Of a DNA stretch of 39,580 nucleotides, positions 9,156 through 19,091 are shown in pieces (position 1 is the first letter of the stretch; each line of letters begins with the position of its first letter). The DNA is from Myxococcota bacterium (lineage in GTDB: Bacteria; Myxococcota_C; UBA6777), in NCBI GenBank assembly GCA_023150835.1, contig JAKLKB010000128.1, positions 1 through 39,580 on the forward strand. Direction: 5' to 3'. The translations under genes and the position numbers were made by a program. The notes under the pieces were generated by a model. The model ran no database searches. It saw only the letters and a program-made list of their open reading frames with translations, and had not been told where the DNA came from.

Positions 9156-9819
9156 ACTCTCGGCTCGCTAAGCCAATCAGCAGGTACTCTTCAAAAGCCA
9201 ACGTTGTGGGGGAAACTTCGTTCCAAACGCTTTTCTGCTCCTCTCCCCAAAGCATCGCGAAAAAATACACAGGGCGACGAAGGCAGACGACGTCCTTTTC
9301 AACTGAACAAAACAAACGATCACGCCATCGTTTGTATTTGGGGGTGACTTTGGAGTGTTCGTGACCCGACAAGGTGGCTGCGCTGAGATCCCCGAGATGA
9401 TAAGCATAACTGTACCCCCATCGACCGAATTTTCCGTCTCCTTTATCAAGATCCTTGATATTCACCGAAAGATTTTCTCCCATCTTTCCATAAGTCTCTG
9501 CTTTTCCGATATAAAGAGGAATGATCTCGCCATCAAGACACCAGTGCATCATGTAGAGGATGCCGTCGTTGCGAACTTGTCCAGCGTCATACTGCCGAAT
9601 CAGCTCTCTTCCCAGCCCTCGCATCAACGACTCCATCTCCTCGGAACGCTTGAGCACCATGCGCCCATCCGCACCGTACGGCAAAAGTTCGATCGAACCG
9701 TCCTTGCGGGTACAAAACAGGGGAACCTGCTTTTCAACGACGCAGAGAGATCGAAAATGCTCTTGAAGTGTACGCAAAGCAAATGTCCTTTCATACGAAA
9801 CATCAAGACAACATCTCAC
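9109..9819 (-). CDS. Hypothetical protein with GIY-YIG-like nuclease motifs
   Basis: GILYMM...PLYIGKAE, then a downstream R (FGRWG), E (FEEYLLI) and N (LLNQEG) in GIY-YIG order. Confidence 0.55.
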   Translation of the reverse strand: MRCCLDVSYERTFALRTLQEHFRSLCVVEKQVPLFCTRKDGSIELLPYGADGRMVLKRSEEMESLMRGLGRELIRQYDAGQVRNDGILYMMHWCLDGEIIPLYIGKAETYGKMGENLSVNIKDLDKGDGKFGRWGYSYAYHLGDLSAATLSGHEHSKVTPKYKRWRDRLFCSVEKDVVCLRRPVYFFAMLWGEEQKSVWNEVSPTTLAFEEYLLIGLASREYGEFLLNQEGRDRSV

Positions 9820-10865
9820 AAGAGCGACGCCTTGGCCAAAATCCCTACCTTTTCTCTTCTATTGACTCGAACGACCCCCCAAAATCCCTGTTTTTTCCCA
9901 TAGCTCCGCCGTCTGCGTTCCTTCGCAGCTTTTTTCTGCTCTCCCCACCTTCTGTTTTGGTTGAACTTCGTGCCGTTTTCGTCCGCCCCCAGAGTGGCGG
10001 CGCTAGGCTTCAGCGGGATCACCGGCAAGATGTCCAACTTGTCCAAAAAGCGATAAAAATCAGAGTGATCGTAGCCCATATCGCAGATCAGATGTTTGAT
10101 ATGGGCCAATGGAAGGAGTGGACGAAGCAGTCGGATGAAGTCGACCACATCCACCACGTCCATTTGCTCGTCGTTTTTGTGTGCGCCGTCCACAGAGGCA
10201 TACAACAACAGGTCGGTCTGTCCGGCGTTTGTAGTCAAAGCATGAAGACGATGGCCGAAAGAATAGACTTTGCGATGGCTATCCCAACCCCACGTGGCCT
10301 CGGGATCAGCGTAAAAGCGAGGGCATCCACAACGGCGACGTTCGGGGTCGGAGGGGCAAGAACAAGCGCGTGAACCGCGCCAACTGGCATGGGAGCGAAC
10401 GGAGGAACCGTCGACAGAAACGGTGAGTTTGGACAAGTCGAGAAGGCCACGTTGTTGGCTCGGGAGGATGGCGCATTTGAGCAGAAGTTGGTTGAATCGC
10501 TCGACCCATCCGTGCGAAGAAGGCGCGGGTAAAGCGGCCAGAGCGCGGTCGACGTAGCCCTTGAGGACGTTCTCGTCGGTTTCGGGAGGAGGGGCTTTGC
10601 GGTCGGCTTTTTCATCGGAGAGATGGCGAAGCCAGCGGCCTTTGTCACCACCCGTCATGGTGTCGGAAAGCGGTGCAGGGCAGTGAGAACAGGGCTTTTG
10701 GTAGGGGCCGTCGAGCAAACGAGCGGTGAAGTCGTAAAAAGAAGCATGAGAGCGAGGCAGGCGCTCAAAAAAGCCAGAAAAGTAGCGGTATTCGGGGCGA
10801 AGGCGAAGAAGACGGAACCATTTGTGGAAAGAAGTGATGTTGAAAAAGGCCATGAGAACAAGGGA
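9816..10865 (-). pseudogene. DDE transposase fragment (IS4/IS5-superfamily-like), truncated at both ends
   Basis: SLVLM..SFHKW..LR..P..SGF..SFYDF..RL N-terminal motif; VDGS; DPEATWGWDSH..FGHRLH; ICDMGYD. Transposase-like sequence stops near 9955, before any third catalytic Glu motif; no inverted repeats seen. Confidence 0.75.
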
Positions 10866-11111
10866 AGAGTGATGGTGGAAGACGGAGGGAGGGACCGCCG
10901 AGAACTGGTCGTGGTGGATCTGTTTGATGGGAGCGAGCTTTGGCGTCTTGACAGGATGCCCTACATGATCGACAGTCAACCGTACCAAGGTCAGGCTTTT
11001 TCTTGGCATTGTACGCCTGCTGTCGCCCAAGGCGTTGTCTATGCGCAGATCTGCAATCCGTTGTTTGCGTTGGGTTCGAGGGCTGCCGTGATGCGATCTT
11101 GTGGTCTGTAG
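10863..11111 (+). pseudogene. C-terminal remnant of a PQQ-type beta-propeller protein
   Basis: ELVVVDLFDGSELWRL and TPAVAQGVVY..LFAL blade motifs in ORF 10623-11111; no matching 5' part. Confidence 0.5.
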
Positions 11112-11146
11112 AAGCCCCACGCTTTCCTCAACCTCTGGAGTTTGTT

Positions 11147-12241
11147 ATGGCAAAACAATTACGAAATCCGTATGCCTCGATCCTTCGGTGGACGAACGGG
11201 GTGGCTTTGGTTTGTTTGGTGATCTTCGTTGGGTTGATCAGGTCACCAGGTCCGAGGGACAGCGCTCGGTTGAGCTTGTTGATCGCTGGCATTTTTCTTG
11301 TTGCTTCATCGCTGTGTGCGTTGTGGTATGCAAGTTTGAGCCGCCGAACAAACGAAAGATTGCGCGGGTTGGCGAAAAATCCCACGGCTCACTGGACCAT
11401 TCAAGGGAGCGACTGGGCCAAGCACAACAAGGAACTGTACCAAAAACAGCACCGACAGGGCCGGCTTTTTTTGGTGGGGGGAGCATTGCTTTCGTGGGTT
11501 GGGTACGCATTGGCGACCGACACATCCCTAGGAGAAACAGACAGCCAAGAGCGGTTCTATCTGTTCGTTGTGGTCTCTGTCTGTGCGGGCGTGGGTTGGG
11601 TGCTTTGGTACGTGTTGCTCGAACGTTGGTGGAAAGGCTGTAGCGAGAAAGGGGTCGAAGTGTACCTCGCTCCCGGAATCTTATGGCACTCGCCTTCGAC
11701 GATGTACGTTTGGAGGATGGCTGGATCGCTCATCAAATTACAGTACGTCGAACTGATCGATGGAGATCCGCTCTGGCTACGTTTTACGTTTGTTTTGGGC
11801 TTAGGTCGAAACCAAAGGCTCAAACAGATCGACTTGCTGGTGCCACCCGAAAAGCTGGAAGACGTTCGGGCGTTCGTCGCAGATGAGACGCAGTCTCTAT
11901 CATTGACGCAGGCTCTATTTTCTCTATCGAACTTTGTTGACGGCCGCAGAGAAGAGCAAGAGGCAGAAGTCGCAGCGATGTCCGAAGAGGAGCGAGCGGC
12001 CTTTTTGCAAGAGCAAGCAGCCGCATTGCGGGAGGAACAAGCGGCAGCAGAAGCAGCGGCAGAAGCAGAAGCAGAGGCTGTGCTCGCGATGTCTGAAGAG
12101 GAACGTGAAGCTTTCTTCAAGGCGGCAGCAGAAGCAGCGGCAGAAGCAGAAGCAGAGGCTGTGCTCGCGATGTCAGAGGTACTCGAAGAAGGCTTCGAGA
12201 CCGCAGCAGAAGCCGACGCCAATGCAAATCCGAAGATTTAG
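11147..12241 (+). CDS. Membrane protein (about 4 TM) with Ala/Glu-rich helical tail; paralog 1
   Basis: GGAG RBS before ATG 11147; shares NPTAHWT.QGS.WAK and EVYLAPGILW.SPSTMY blocks with 12404-13357. Confidence 0.75.
   Translation: MAKQLRNPYASILRWTNGVALVCLVIFVGLIRSPGPRDSARLSLLIAGIFLVASSLCALWYASLSRRTNERLRGLAKNPTAHWTIQGSDWAKHNKELYQKQHRQGRLFLVGGALLSWVGYALATDTSLGETDSQERFYLFVVVSVCAGVGWVLWYVLLERWWKGCSEKGVEVYLAPGILWHSPSTMYVWRMAGSLIKLQYVELIDGDPLWLRFTFVLGLGRNQRLKQIDLLVPPEKLEDVRAFVADETQSLSLTQALFSLSNFVDGRREEQEAEVAAMSEEERAAFLQEQAAALREEQAAAEAAAEAEAEAVLAMSEEEREAFFKAAAEAAAEAEAEAVLAMSEVLEEGFETAAEADANANPKI
12041..12179 (+). repeat. 81-bp-period coding duplication (AAAEAAAEAEAEAVLAMSE)
   Basis: GCGGCAGCAGAAGCAGCGGCAGAAGCAGAAGCAGAGGCTGTGCTCGCGATGTC at 12041 and 12122. 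Confidence 0.9.
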
Positions 12242-12251
12242 TCAACTGTTG

Positions 12252-12293
12252 CCAAAAAAAGCCGTGTTCGGGTCCGTTCCACCGACACAGCCG
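12252..12293 (+). repeat. Dispersed repeat family A, short copy
   Basis: CAAAAAAAGCCGTGTTCG...CCGACACAGCCG, an imperfect hairpin matching the family A 5' end. Confidence 0.45.
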
Positions 12294-12403
12294 TTTAATC
12301 GATCTCTAACAAAATCGAGATCGCTGCCCCAAACACAGGCGACGACGAAAGGGGCTTTTCTTTGCTCACGGACAGTCGCGCCATAACCTCATGGAGTTTT
12401 TGG

Positions 12404-13357
12404 ATGACGAAGCAATTACAAAATCCGTATGCCACAGCATTCGCATGGGCGAAGAGGATCGCGTTAGGTTCCTTGGTGGGGCTGCTGGCGGCTTTTGTTC
12501 TGTGGCGGATCGACCCAGAAAAAGGAATAACGTCTGCTATCGGAGTCTCGTCTTTTTTTCTCTCGATGATCTCGGGGGTTGCTCTTCTGATCTCGTTGAT
12601 CTGCGTCCCTCTTTACGCGAGCTTGGCTCGTCGCTGCGGTGAACAATTGAGAGAATTAGTGGTAAATCCCACGGCTCATTGGACTTTTCAAGGAAGCGAG
12701 TGGGCGAAGTGCAACCAAAACCAGCTACGTAAAAAGCGTTTCCATCTCACGGTTTTTTGGATCCTCGGCGTGCTTTGTTTGGCTGGAGCGTGGGCGTATT
12801 TTCTAAGCGTTTCAAACAGCCCCAGTGAGCGCAGCCTACCGCTTTACGTTGCTCTTGCGCTGTTGGTGTGTGTTGTACTGATTGGAAGCGTTTGGCATCT
12901 GTCGATCCAGCGCTGGTGGACGTTTAATAGCGAGAGAGAGGGCGAAGTTTATCTCGCTCCCGGAATCTTATGGTATTCGCCTTCGACGATGTACGCTTGG
13001 GGGTTGGCGGGGTCGTTTGTCAAACTACACAACATCGAACTGGTCCACGAGGAACCGATTCGGCTACATTGCACGTTTGTTTTGGGCGCAGGGCAAAACC
13101 AACAATTGAAAGAGGTCGACTTGCCGGTGCCTCCAGAAAAGCTGGAAGAAGTTCAGGCGCTCTTTGCGCAGGAGGCGCTGTTTGGGCCGAGCTTTGCGAG
13201 GCGGCTGCTCGCGTTGGATGAGAAAAGCCGAGAGGAGGTTCTTCGCGGGATGGCGACGTTGCAAGCCGTCGCAGAGATGCCCGAAGAACAGCGCGAGGCG
13301 CTGTTCAAGGCCGTCGCAGAAGCCGACGCCAACGCTGCTCCAGAACCCGAAAAGTGA
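12404..13357 (+). CDS. Membrane protein (about 4 TM); tandem paralog 2
   Basis: Similar AACCTC..GGAGTTT leader and KQL.NPYA start as paralog 1; shared TFVLG.G.NQ.LK..DL.VPPEKLE block. Confidence 0.75.
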   Translation: MTKQLQNPYATAFAWAKRIALGSLVGLLAAFVLWRIDPEKGITSAIGVSSFFLSMISGVALLISLICVPLYASLARRCGEQLRELVVNPTAHWTFQGSEWAKCNQNQLRKKRFHLTVFWILGVLCLAGAWAYFLSVSNSPSERSLPLYVALALLVCVVLIGSVWHLSIQRWWTFNSEREGEVYLAPGILWYSPSTMYAWGLAGSFVKLHNIELVHEEPIRLHCTFVLGAGQNQQLKEVDLPVPPEKLEEVQALFAQEALFGPSFARRLLALDEKSREEVLRGMATLQAVAEMPEEQREALFKAVAEADANAAPEPEK

Positions 13358-13387
13358 CAAGAGCGAAGTACAAGGGGCATCACGGGG

Positions 13388-15310
13388 TCAAGACAACCAA
13401 GCCGTTTTGCGATCCACAAAGATCCGCATCCATAGCTCGAACACCATCAACGAAAAGAGCAAATACGATCCGTCAAGACGACCTTGTCGGTCTTGTTCGA
13501 TCAGCCTGTGAACGGCGATCGGGTCGAAGGTTCCGCGTTGTTGGAGGCTTTGGAGAGACAGAACATCTTCGACCACGTCGCGCAGTTCGACTTTAAGCCA
13601 GCGGCGCATCGGGACACCAAAGCCTGTTTTGGGGCGGTAGATCACATCATGAGGGAGATAAGGCTCCATCGCACGTTTCAAGATCCACTTGCTTTGGGTG
13701 GGTGTTTGTTTGAGGTGGATCGGGAGGCTGGTCGCAAATCGGATCAGATCGGGATCGAGAAAAGGAACACGCACTTCGACACCTGTGGCCATGCTCATCT
13801 TGTCGGTGTAATTGAGGTTATGGTCTGGTAAGAAGTGCTTGCCTTCGAGATAAAGCATCTGGTTGATCGGGGGGGTGTCGGGAGGCAGTTTGGCGAGCGT
13901 GTCCATCAGCGGTGCAGAAAAAGGCAGTGCAGCGAGTTGTTTTCGGAGGGCGGGGGTGTAAAGCCCGAGGATGTGTTCGGGTGGAAGACAGTGAAAGGCC
14001 GCAGCGATGCGCTCGCGAGGAGGTTGATCGGCATATTGAAAGGCTTTTTGGACGCGGCGTCCGAGGGTGGAAAGTGTGGAGAGATGCCCTGTGTGTTGGC
14101 GCAGCAGCGTGCGCAAGGGGCGCGGGAGCCAAGCCCACGCGGGTTCATAAAAGAGGGCTTGGTGCCTGCGATACCCCGTAAAGAGATCGTCTCCCCCTGT
14201 ACCCGAGAGCAACACTTTGATCCCGTGTTGGCGGGCCATCTGGCAGAGAGCATAGACATGCAGCGGAGCAAAATCAGCTTGCGGCTCGTCAAGGTGATAG
14301 ATCATTTTTTCGAGGTGTTGGGTCATCTCGGGGCCGACATACAGGGTATGCAGATCGATATCGAACGTCTTGGCGACCCGTTGGGCATAAGGCAGATCGT
14401 CCACACGCCCTTCGCCTTGGGGGTTGGCCTCCCCTTGAAAGCCGATACTGAAGCACTTTCTTTGCGGTTCGTATGCCACCCGCTGCGCCAAAGCCACAAG
14501 GCTGCTCGAATCCAGACCACCCGAAAGGAACGCACCGACGGGAACATCCGAGACCAGTTGCCGTTCGACCGCGAGCGTCAAGTGACTTTGGAGCGCTTGG
14601 ATGGCGTCTTCTTCGGAGATCGGTCGGATCGGTTGATCGTAGGGCAGATCGTAATAGGCGGATGTTTCGAGACGATGGCTTGCATCGAGCCACATCAAAT
14701 GGCCGGGCGGTAGCTTTTTGACCGATTGGAGGATGGTATCGGGATGAGGACTCCATTGGTAAGTCAAGTGCGCATGAAGGCTCGGCAAGTGTAGGCTGCG
14801 ATCCACTTCTGGATGACACAACAAAGACTTGAGCTCGCTTGCAAACAAGACGCCTTGCTTGGTCTTCGCGTAATAGAGCGGCTTGACCCCCACCCCATCG
14901 CGTGCCAACAGCATCTTTCTTTTGGTGCGATCCCAGATCGCAAAGGCGTAGATCCCGTTGAGTTGGGCCAACATCTTTTCACCGTCACGACAATACAGTT
15001 GAAGCAACACTTCTGTATCGGAATGACCGCGAAAAGCATACCCGTCCTGCTCTAGCGAGCGCCGAAGCTGGCGAAAGTTGTAGATCTCGCCGTTGAAGAC
15101 GATCACCACACGCTTGTCGTCTGTAAACATCGGCTGGTGGCCGAGTTCAGACAGATCGATGATCGACAACCGCTGATGCCCCAGCCCCACTTGTTCTTCT
15201 GCTTGGTAGTAAAGCCCCGTATCATCGGGGCCGCGATGTTGAATCCGTTCGTTCATTCGCCGAAGCAGCTCTTCTGAAAAATCCCCAAAAAACCCGACAA
15301 ATCCGCACAT
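13388..15310 (-). CDS. asnB: Asparagine synthase (glutamine-hydrolysing) family amidotransferase
   Basis: MCGFVG N-terminal Ntn Cys, HRGPD, RLSIID, FNGEIYN, FLSGGLDSS, LLSGTGGDD, EVRVPFLD; start set at MCG. Confidence 0.92.
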   Translation of the reverse strand: MCGFVGFFGDFSEELLRRMNERIQHRGPDDTGLYYQAEEQVGLGHQRLSIIDLSELGHQPMFTDDKRVVIVFNGEIYNFRQLRRSLEQDGYAFRGHSDTEVLLQLYCRDGEKMLAQLNGIYAFAIWDRTKRKMLLARDGVGVKPLYYAKTKQGVLFASELKSLLCHPEVDRSLHLPSLHAHLTYQWSPHPDTILQSVKKLPPGHLMWLDASHRLETSAYYDLPYDQPIRPISEEDAIQALQSHLTLAVERQLVSDVPVGAFLSGGLDSSSLVALAQRVAYEPQRKCFSIGFQGEANPQGEGRVDDLPYAQRVAKTFDIDLHTLYVGPEMTQHLEKMIYHLDEPQADFAPLHVYALCQMARQHGIKVLLSGTGGDDLFTGYRRHQALFYEPAWAWLPRPLRTLLRQHTGHLSTLSTLGRRVQKAFQYADQPPRERIAAAFHCLPPEHILGLYTPALRKQLAALPFSAPLMDTLAKLPPDTPPINQMLYLEGKHFLPDHNLNYTDKMSMATGVEVRVPFLDPDLIRFATSLPIHLKQTPTQSKWILKRAMEPYLPHDVIYRPKTGFGVPMRRWLKVELRDVVEDVLSLQSLQQRGTFDPIAVHRLIEQDRQGRLDGSYLLFSLMVFELWMRIFVDRKTAWLS

Positions 15311-15363
15311 CACTCTGCCTTCTGTTTGGACGAACCCGTTTGCCTCGTATGCCGCGAACACTG

Positions 15364-15601
15364 TACGATATCCGAAAGATGTGTACACGAAGGGTAGGTG
15401 CGATCCGCTGTAACTGCCCTGTCCTTGGGCAGCCATAGGGTGCTGCCCCCAACGTTTTATACGATATCCGAGTGGTGTGTGATCGAAGGAGAGCGCGTAG
15501 ACGCCCTGTTCTCGGGCAGCCACAGGGTGCTGCCCCAACATCTTTACGATCACGCAATGGACGGATTTCGTATTACGATTACGCAATGGGCGGATTTCGT
15601 A
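15364..15601 (-). repeat. Dispersed repeat family B: two tandem copies plus a 29-bp duplication
   Basis: Units start TACGATATCCG at 15364 and 15460; both contain GGGCAGCCA(T/C)AGGGTGCTGCCCC; TTACGAT(C/T)ACGCAATGG(A/G)CGGATTTCGTA at 15544 and 15573. Confidence 0.85.
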
Positions 15602-15734
15602 TCGCTCTCGTTGCAGGCCGCGATCACGGACGAGAGCCGATCACCTACGCCGAGCCACCAAGGGCAACATATACAGGACTTCTTGCGGGTCGTCACACAA
15701 TTTTGTCGGCGAGAACGAAACGGCGAGAGGAGGG

Positions 15735-18700
15735 CTAACGAAAGATGCGGCGGATGTTGTGGTTTTCGCGGTCGCCGATGTACAAAAGGCCGGACGCATC
15801 GATGGCGATGCCAAAAGGGTCGTTGAATTGGGCTTGGCTCAACGGTCCGTCTTGGAAGCCGGCATCGCCCGTTCCTGCGAGGGTTGTCACTTTGCCTGTG
15901 GGATCGATCTGGCGGATACGCTGGTTGTTTTGATCGACGACAAACAAGTTTCCTTGCGCATCAAGGACAACAGAAGCGGGTCGATCGAACTCTGCTTGCA
16001 AGGCTGCACCGTCGCTGTACCCGCTGTTTCCTGTGCCTGCGACAGTCGATACGATGCCTTGGGCGTCGATGCGGCGGATACGGTGGTTTCCGCGATCTGC
16101 GATGTACAAGTTACCCACGCTGTCGAAGGCGAGGCCGTAAGGTTCGTTGAATCGGGCGGTTGTGGTGGGTCCGTCTTGGTATCCTTGGCTGCCTGTTCCT
16201 GCAAAGGTCGTCACGTTTCCTTGTGGGTCGATACGGCGGATGACGTGGTTTTCGCTGTCGGCGACGTAGAGGTGATCTTGCTTGTCTACGGTCAGACCGT
16301 AAGGGGTGTTGAACTTGGCGATTCCACCCAATCCATCGGCAAGTCCTGCAAGGGCTTGTCCTGCGAAGGTGGTGACAACGCCTTGGGCGTCGATACGGCG
16401 GATGCGGTGGTTGTCGCGGTCAGAGACAAAGATCACGCCTTGACTGTTGAGGACAAGGCTGTGGGGGCTATCGAATTGAGCGGTTTTTGAAGGGCCGTCC
16501 AAGAAGCCCGCGATGCCTGTTCCTGCGACAGTCGAGATATCGCCGTTGGGTGTAAGCTTTCGGATGGCGTGGTTGTCTTCGTCGGCGATCAACAGGTGGC
16601 CCTGCCGATCAAAAGCAAGCCCTGACGGCGCATTCAGCAAAGCCTCGCTGCGCGAGCCGTCGGCAAAGCCTTCGGTTTTTCCACCTGCCGAAGTGCGCAT
16701 CTGCTGTTGCGTATCGAGCGTTCGCAGTAGGCGATTGGCGGTATCGGCGATCCACAAGTCGCCCTTTGCATCGACGAGGATCGCGGTGGGGGCGTTGAGT
16801 GTGGCGGTGGGCGCAGGGCCATCTTGCGCTCCTGCAAGGCCCGTCCCTGCGAGCGTGGTTACGTTGCCTTGGGGGTCGATGCGGCGGATGCGATGAGCGC
16901 CTTCGGTGATGTAGAAGTTGTTGTTGGCGTCGAGGGTAATGCCGGTGGGTCGGTCGAATTGGGCTTGTGCAGCGGGGCCATCTTTGTGTCCGCGTGTACC
17001 GTCTCCTGCGAAGGTGCTGACTTGGCCTGTGGGGGTGATCTTGCGGATCTGTTGGTTGTTGTAGTCTGCGACGTAGACGTTGCCGTTTTTGTCGAGCGCA
17101 AGGTCTTGCGGTGTATCAAAGCGGGCTTGGGAGCCTGCGCCGTTGACAAGGCCACGTCGCGAACCTGCGAGCGTGGTCACGTTGCCTTGGGGGTCGATCT
17201 TGCGGATGCGGTGGTTGTCGCGATCTGCAACGAAGAGAACGCCGTTGGCATCGAGGCGTAGGCCGTAGGGTTCATCAAATTGGGCTTGTTTGGCCGGACC
17301 ATCCGCAAAACCTGCGCGGCCTGTTCCTGCGACGTCGACGACACGGCCTTGTGTATCGATCTTGCGGATCAGGTCGTTGCCACGTTCTGCAAAGTACACT
17401 TCGCCGTTTGGAGCGACCGCAACCCCCGAAGGTTCGTCGAGTTCGGCTTTTGAGGACGGGCCGTTGGTATAACCCGCTTTGCTATTTCCTGCGATGGTCG
17501 TGACGTTCCCCAATAGATCGAGCTTTCGGATGCGATGATTCCCGCGATCCGCGATGTACAAGTTGCCGTTTTTGTCGAGCGATAGCGCGATCGGTCCCGC
17601 AAATCGGGCATAACGCGCCTCTCCATCCCGCCAAGGCGCTTGCCCCGCAAAGGTTTCGACCACAGGGCGTTCGGCGCATTGGCCGTTTACGCAGACTTGA
17701 TCGCGGATACAGGCTTGTTGGCATTGGCTGCAATGGGCTTCGTCGCTGAGTAGATCGACGCACTTTTCGTTGCAACGGCGCTGTCCGAGCGGGCAATTGG
17801 AGGGGACACACACGCTATCTTGGCAGTACGTTGTCGGAGAACAGGCTTTGTCACAAGCTCCGCAATGTTTGTCGCTGCTTTTGAGATCGACGCAAAACTC
17901 CCCACAGCGCTGGGTTTCAGCGGGGCATTTGTCTGTGCAAAGCCCTTCGGCGCAGCGTTGGTTGCGGGGACAAACCAGATCGCATTGGCCGCAGTGGCGA
18001 AGATCCGTTTGGGAGTCCACACACGCCCCGCTGCATCGCAATCTTCCCGAACCACACACGCACTTTCCACCCTCGCAGCGCTCGTCGGGCGCACAGGCTT
18101 TTCCGCATCCTCCGCAATGTAGCGCGTCGGTTTGAAAGTTCACACATCCCCCCAGACACACTTCGGGCGTGGCTGACGGACAACTTGCGACGCAACCCGC
18201 GCTGGAGCAAAGCTGCCCGCTTTCACAGGATTTTTGGCATCCTCCGCAGGATTGTTGATTCGAGCGCAGATCGACGCAAGCTCCGCTACATTCGGTCAAA
18301 CCTTGCGCACATTGGCAACGCCCCTGAGCGCAGGTTTGCCCCGCTGCACAGGCTTTTCCGCATCCTCCACAATGTTGCGCATTGTTTTGTTCATCGACAC
18401 ACCCGCCCAAACACACCGTAGGCGTGGCCTCTGGACAGGCCGCAACACACGCACCTTTGGCGCAAAGCTGCCCTTGCCCACAAGCGCTTCCACACGACCC
18501 ACAATGCTGACCATGAGCTTGCAAATCGACGCAAGCACCGCTACAAGCCGTCAATCGGGGCGCACAAGCGAGTTCGCACCGTCCCTGTTGACAGCGTTTG
18601 CCCTCTCCACAAACCACCCCGCAAGCTCCGCAGTGTTGCGCATCTGCTTGGGGATCGACACAGCTTTCCGCGCATTTGAGCTTTGGAGCGGCGCAAGAGA

Positions 18701-19091
18701 TCGGGGCCTTGCAGACGCCTTGATTGCACAATTCGCCCGACTTGCAAGCGTTTCCACACGCTCCGCAATGTTCGCCGCTTTGGGCGGTGTTGACACATCC
18801 AGAACCACAACGCTTTTCGCCTGTCCGACAAACGCAAGCCCCTTCTTGGCAGATCTCCCCGATGGCTTTGCAGTCGCCGTTTTGTTTGCAGGGGCCTGTT
18901 TCGGCTGGACAGGCCGCAAAGAACAGCCACATCCAGAACCACCCACACATCCGCCATCGAGGATGCCAGAACCACCCGCCCTTCCGTCCTTGGCAAGGCG
19001 ACGGGGCGGGCCCCCCTTCTCGGTGGTGGTTTGATGGTGTCGGCTGGGGTGGCAGAAACGAAAAAGGCATGGTGGGTGGGGTCGCTTTCAT
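15735..19091 (-). CDS. Surface lipoprotein: 9 Cys-rich repeats + 12 NHL repeats (two six-bladed propellers)
   Basis: FFAAC lipobox; CVD...D..HCG.CG..C x9; F..P.G...D..G.LY.AD..NHRIR.I x12; start may be 19091, 19070 or 18950. Confidence 0.85.
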   Translation of the reverse strand: MKATPPTMPFSFLPPQPTPSNHHREGGPAPSPCQGRKGGWFWHPRWRMCGWFWMWLFFAACPAETGPCKQNGDCKAIGEICQEGACVCRTGEKRCGSGCVNTAQSGEHCGACGNACKSGELCNQGVCKAPISCAAPKLKCAESCVDPQADAQHCGACGVVCGEGKRCQQGRCELACAPRLTACSGACVDLQAHGQHCGSCGSACGQGQLCAKGACVAACPEATPTVCLGGCVDEQNNAQHCGGCGKACAAGQTCAQGRCQCAQGLTECSGACVDLRSNQQSCGGCQKSCESGQLCSSAGCVASCPSATPEVCLGGCVNFQTDALHCGGCGKACAPDERCEGGKCVCGSGRLRCSGACVDSQTDLRHCGQCDLVCPRNQRCAEGLCTDKCPAETQRCGEFCVDLKSSDKHCGACDKACSPTTYCQDSVCVPSNCPLGQRRCNEKCVDLLSDEAHCSQCQQACIRDQVCVNGQCAERPVVETFAGQAPWRDGEARYARFAGPIALSLDKNGNLYIADRGNHRIRKLDLLGNVTTIAGNSKAGYTNGPSSKAELDEPSGVAVAPNGEVYFAERGNDLIRKIDTQGRVVDVAGTGRAGFADGPAKQAQFDEPYGLRLDANGVLFVADRDNHRIRKIDPQGNVTTLAGSRRGLVNGAGSQARFDTPQDLALDKNGNVYVADYNNQQIRKITPTGQVSTFAGDGTRGHKDGPAAQAQFDRPTGITLDANNNFYITEGAHRIRRIDPQGNVTTLAGTGLAGAQDGPAPTATLNAPTAILVDAKGDLWIADTANRLLRTLDTQQQMRTSAGGKTEGFADGSRSEALLNAPSGLAFDRQGHLLIADEDNHAIRKLTPNGDISTVAGTGIAGFLDGPSKTAQFDSPHSLVLNSQGVIFVSDRDNHRIRRIDAQGVVTTFAGQALAGLADGLGGIAKFNTPYGLTVDKQDHLYVADSENHVIRRIDPQGNVTTFAGTGSQGYQDGPTTTARFNEPYGLAFDSVGNLYIADRGNHRIRRIDAQGIVSTVAGTGNSGYSDGAALQAEFDRPASVVLDAQGNLFVVDQNNQRIRQIDPTGKVTTLAGTGDAGFQDGPLSQAQFNDPFGIAIDASGLLYIGDRENHNIRRIFR

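Noticed and set aside
11101-11120. MGLLQT shared by the ORF starts at 11120 and 39453
   Set aside because: The codons differ, so there is no DNA repeat; coincidence.
15311-15586. 92-aa N-terminal extension of AsnB
   Set aside because: It translates family B repeats, and Ntn amidotransferases need Cys at position 2 (MCG at 15310).
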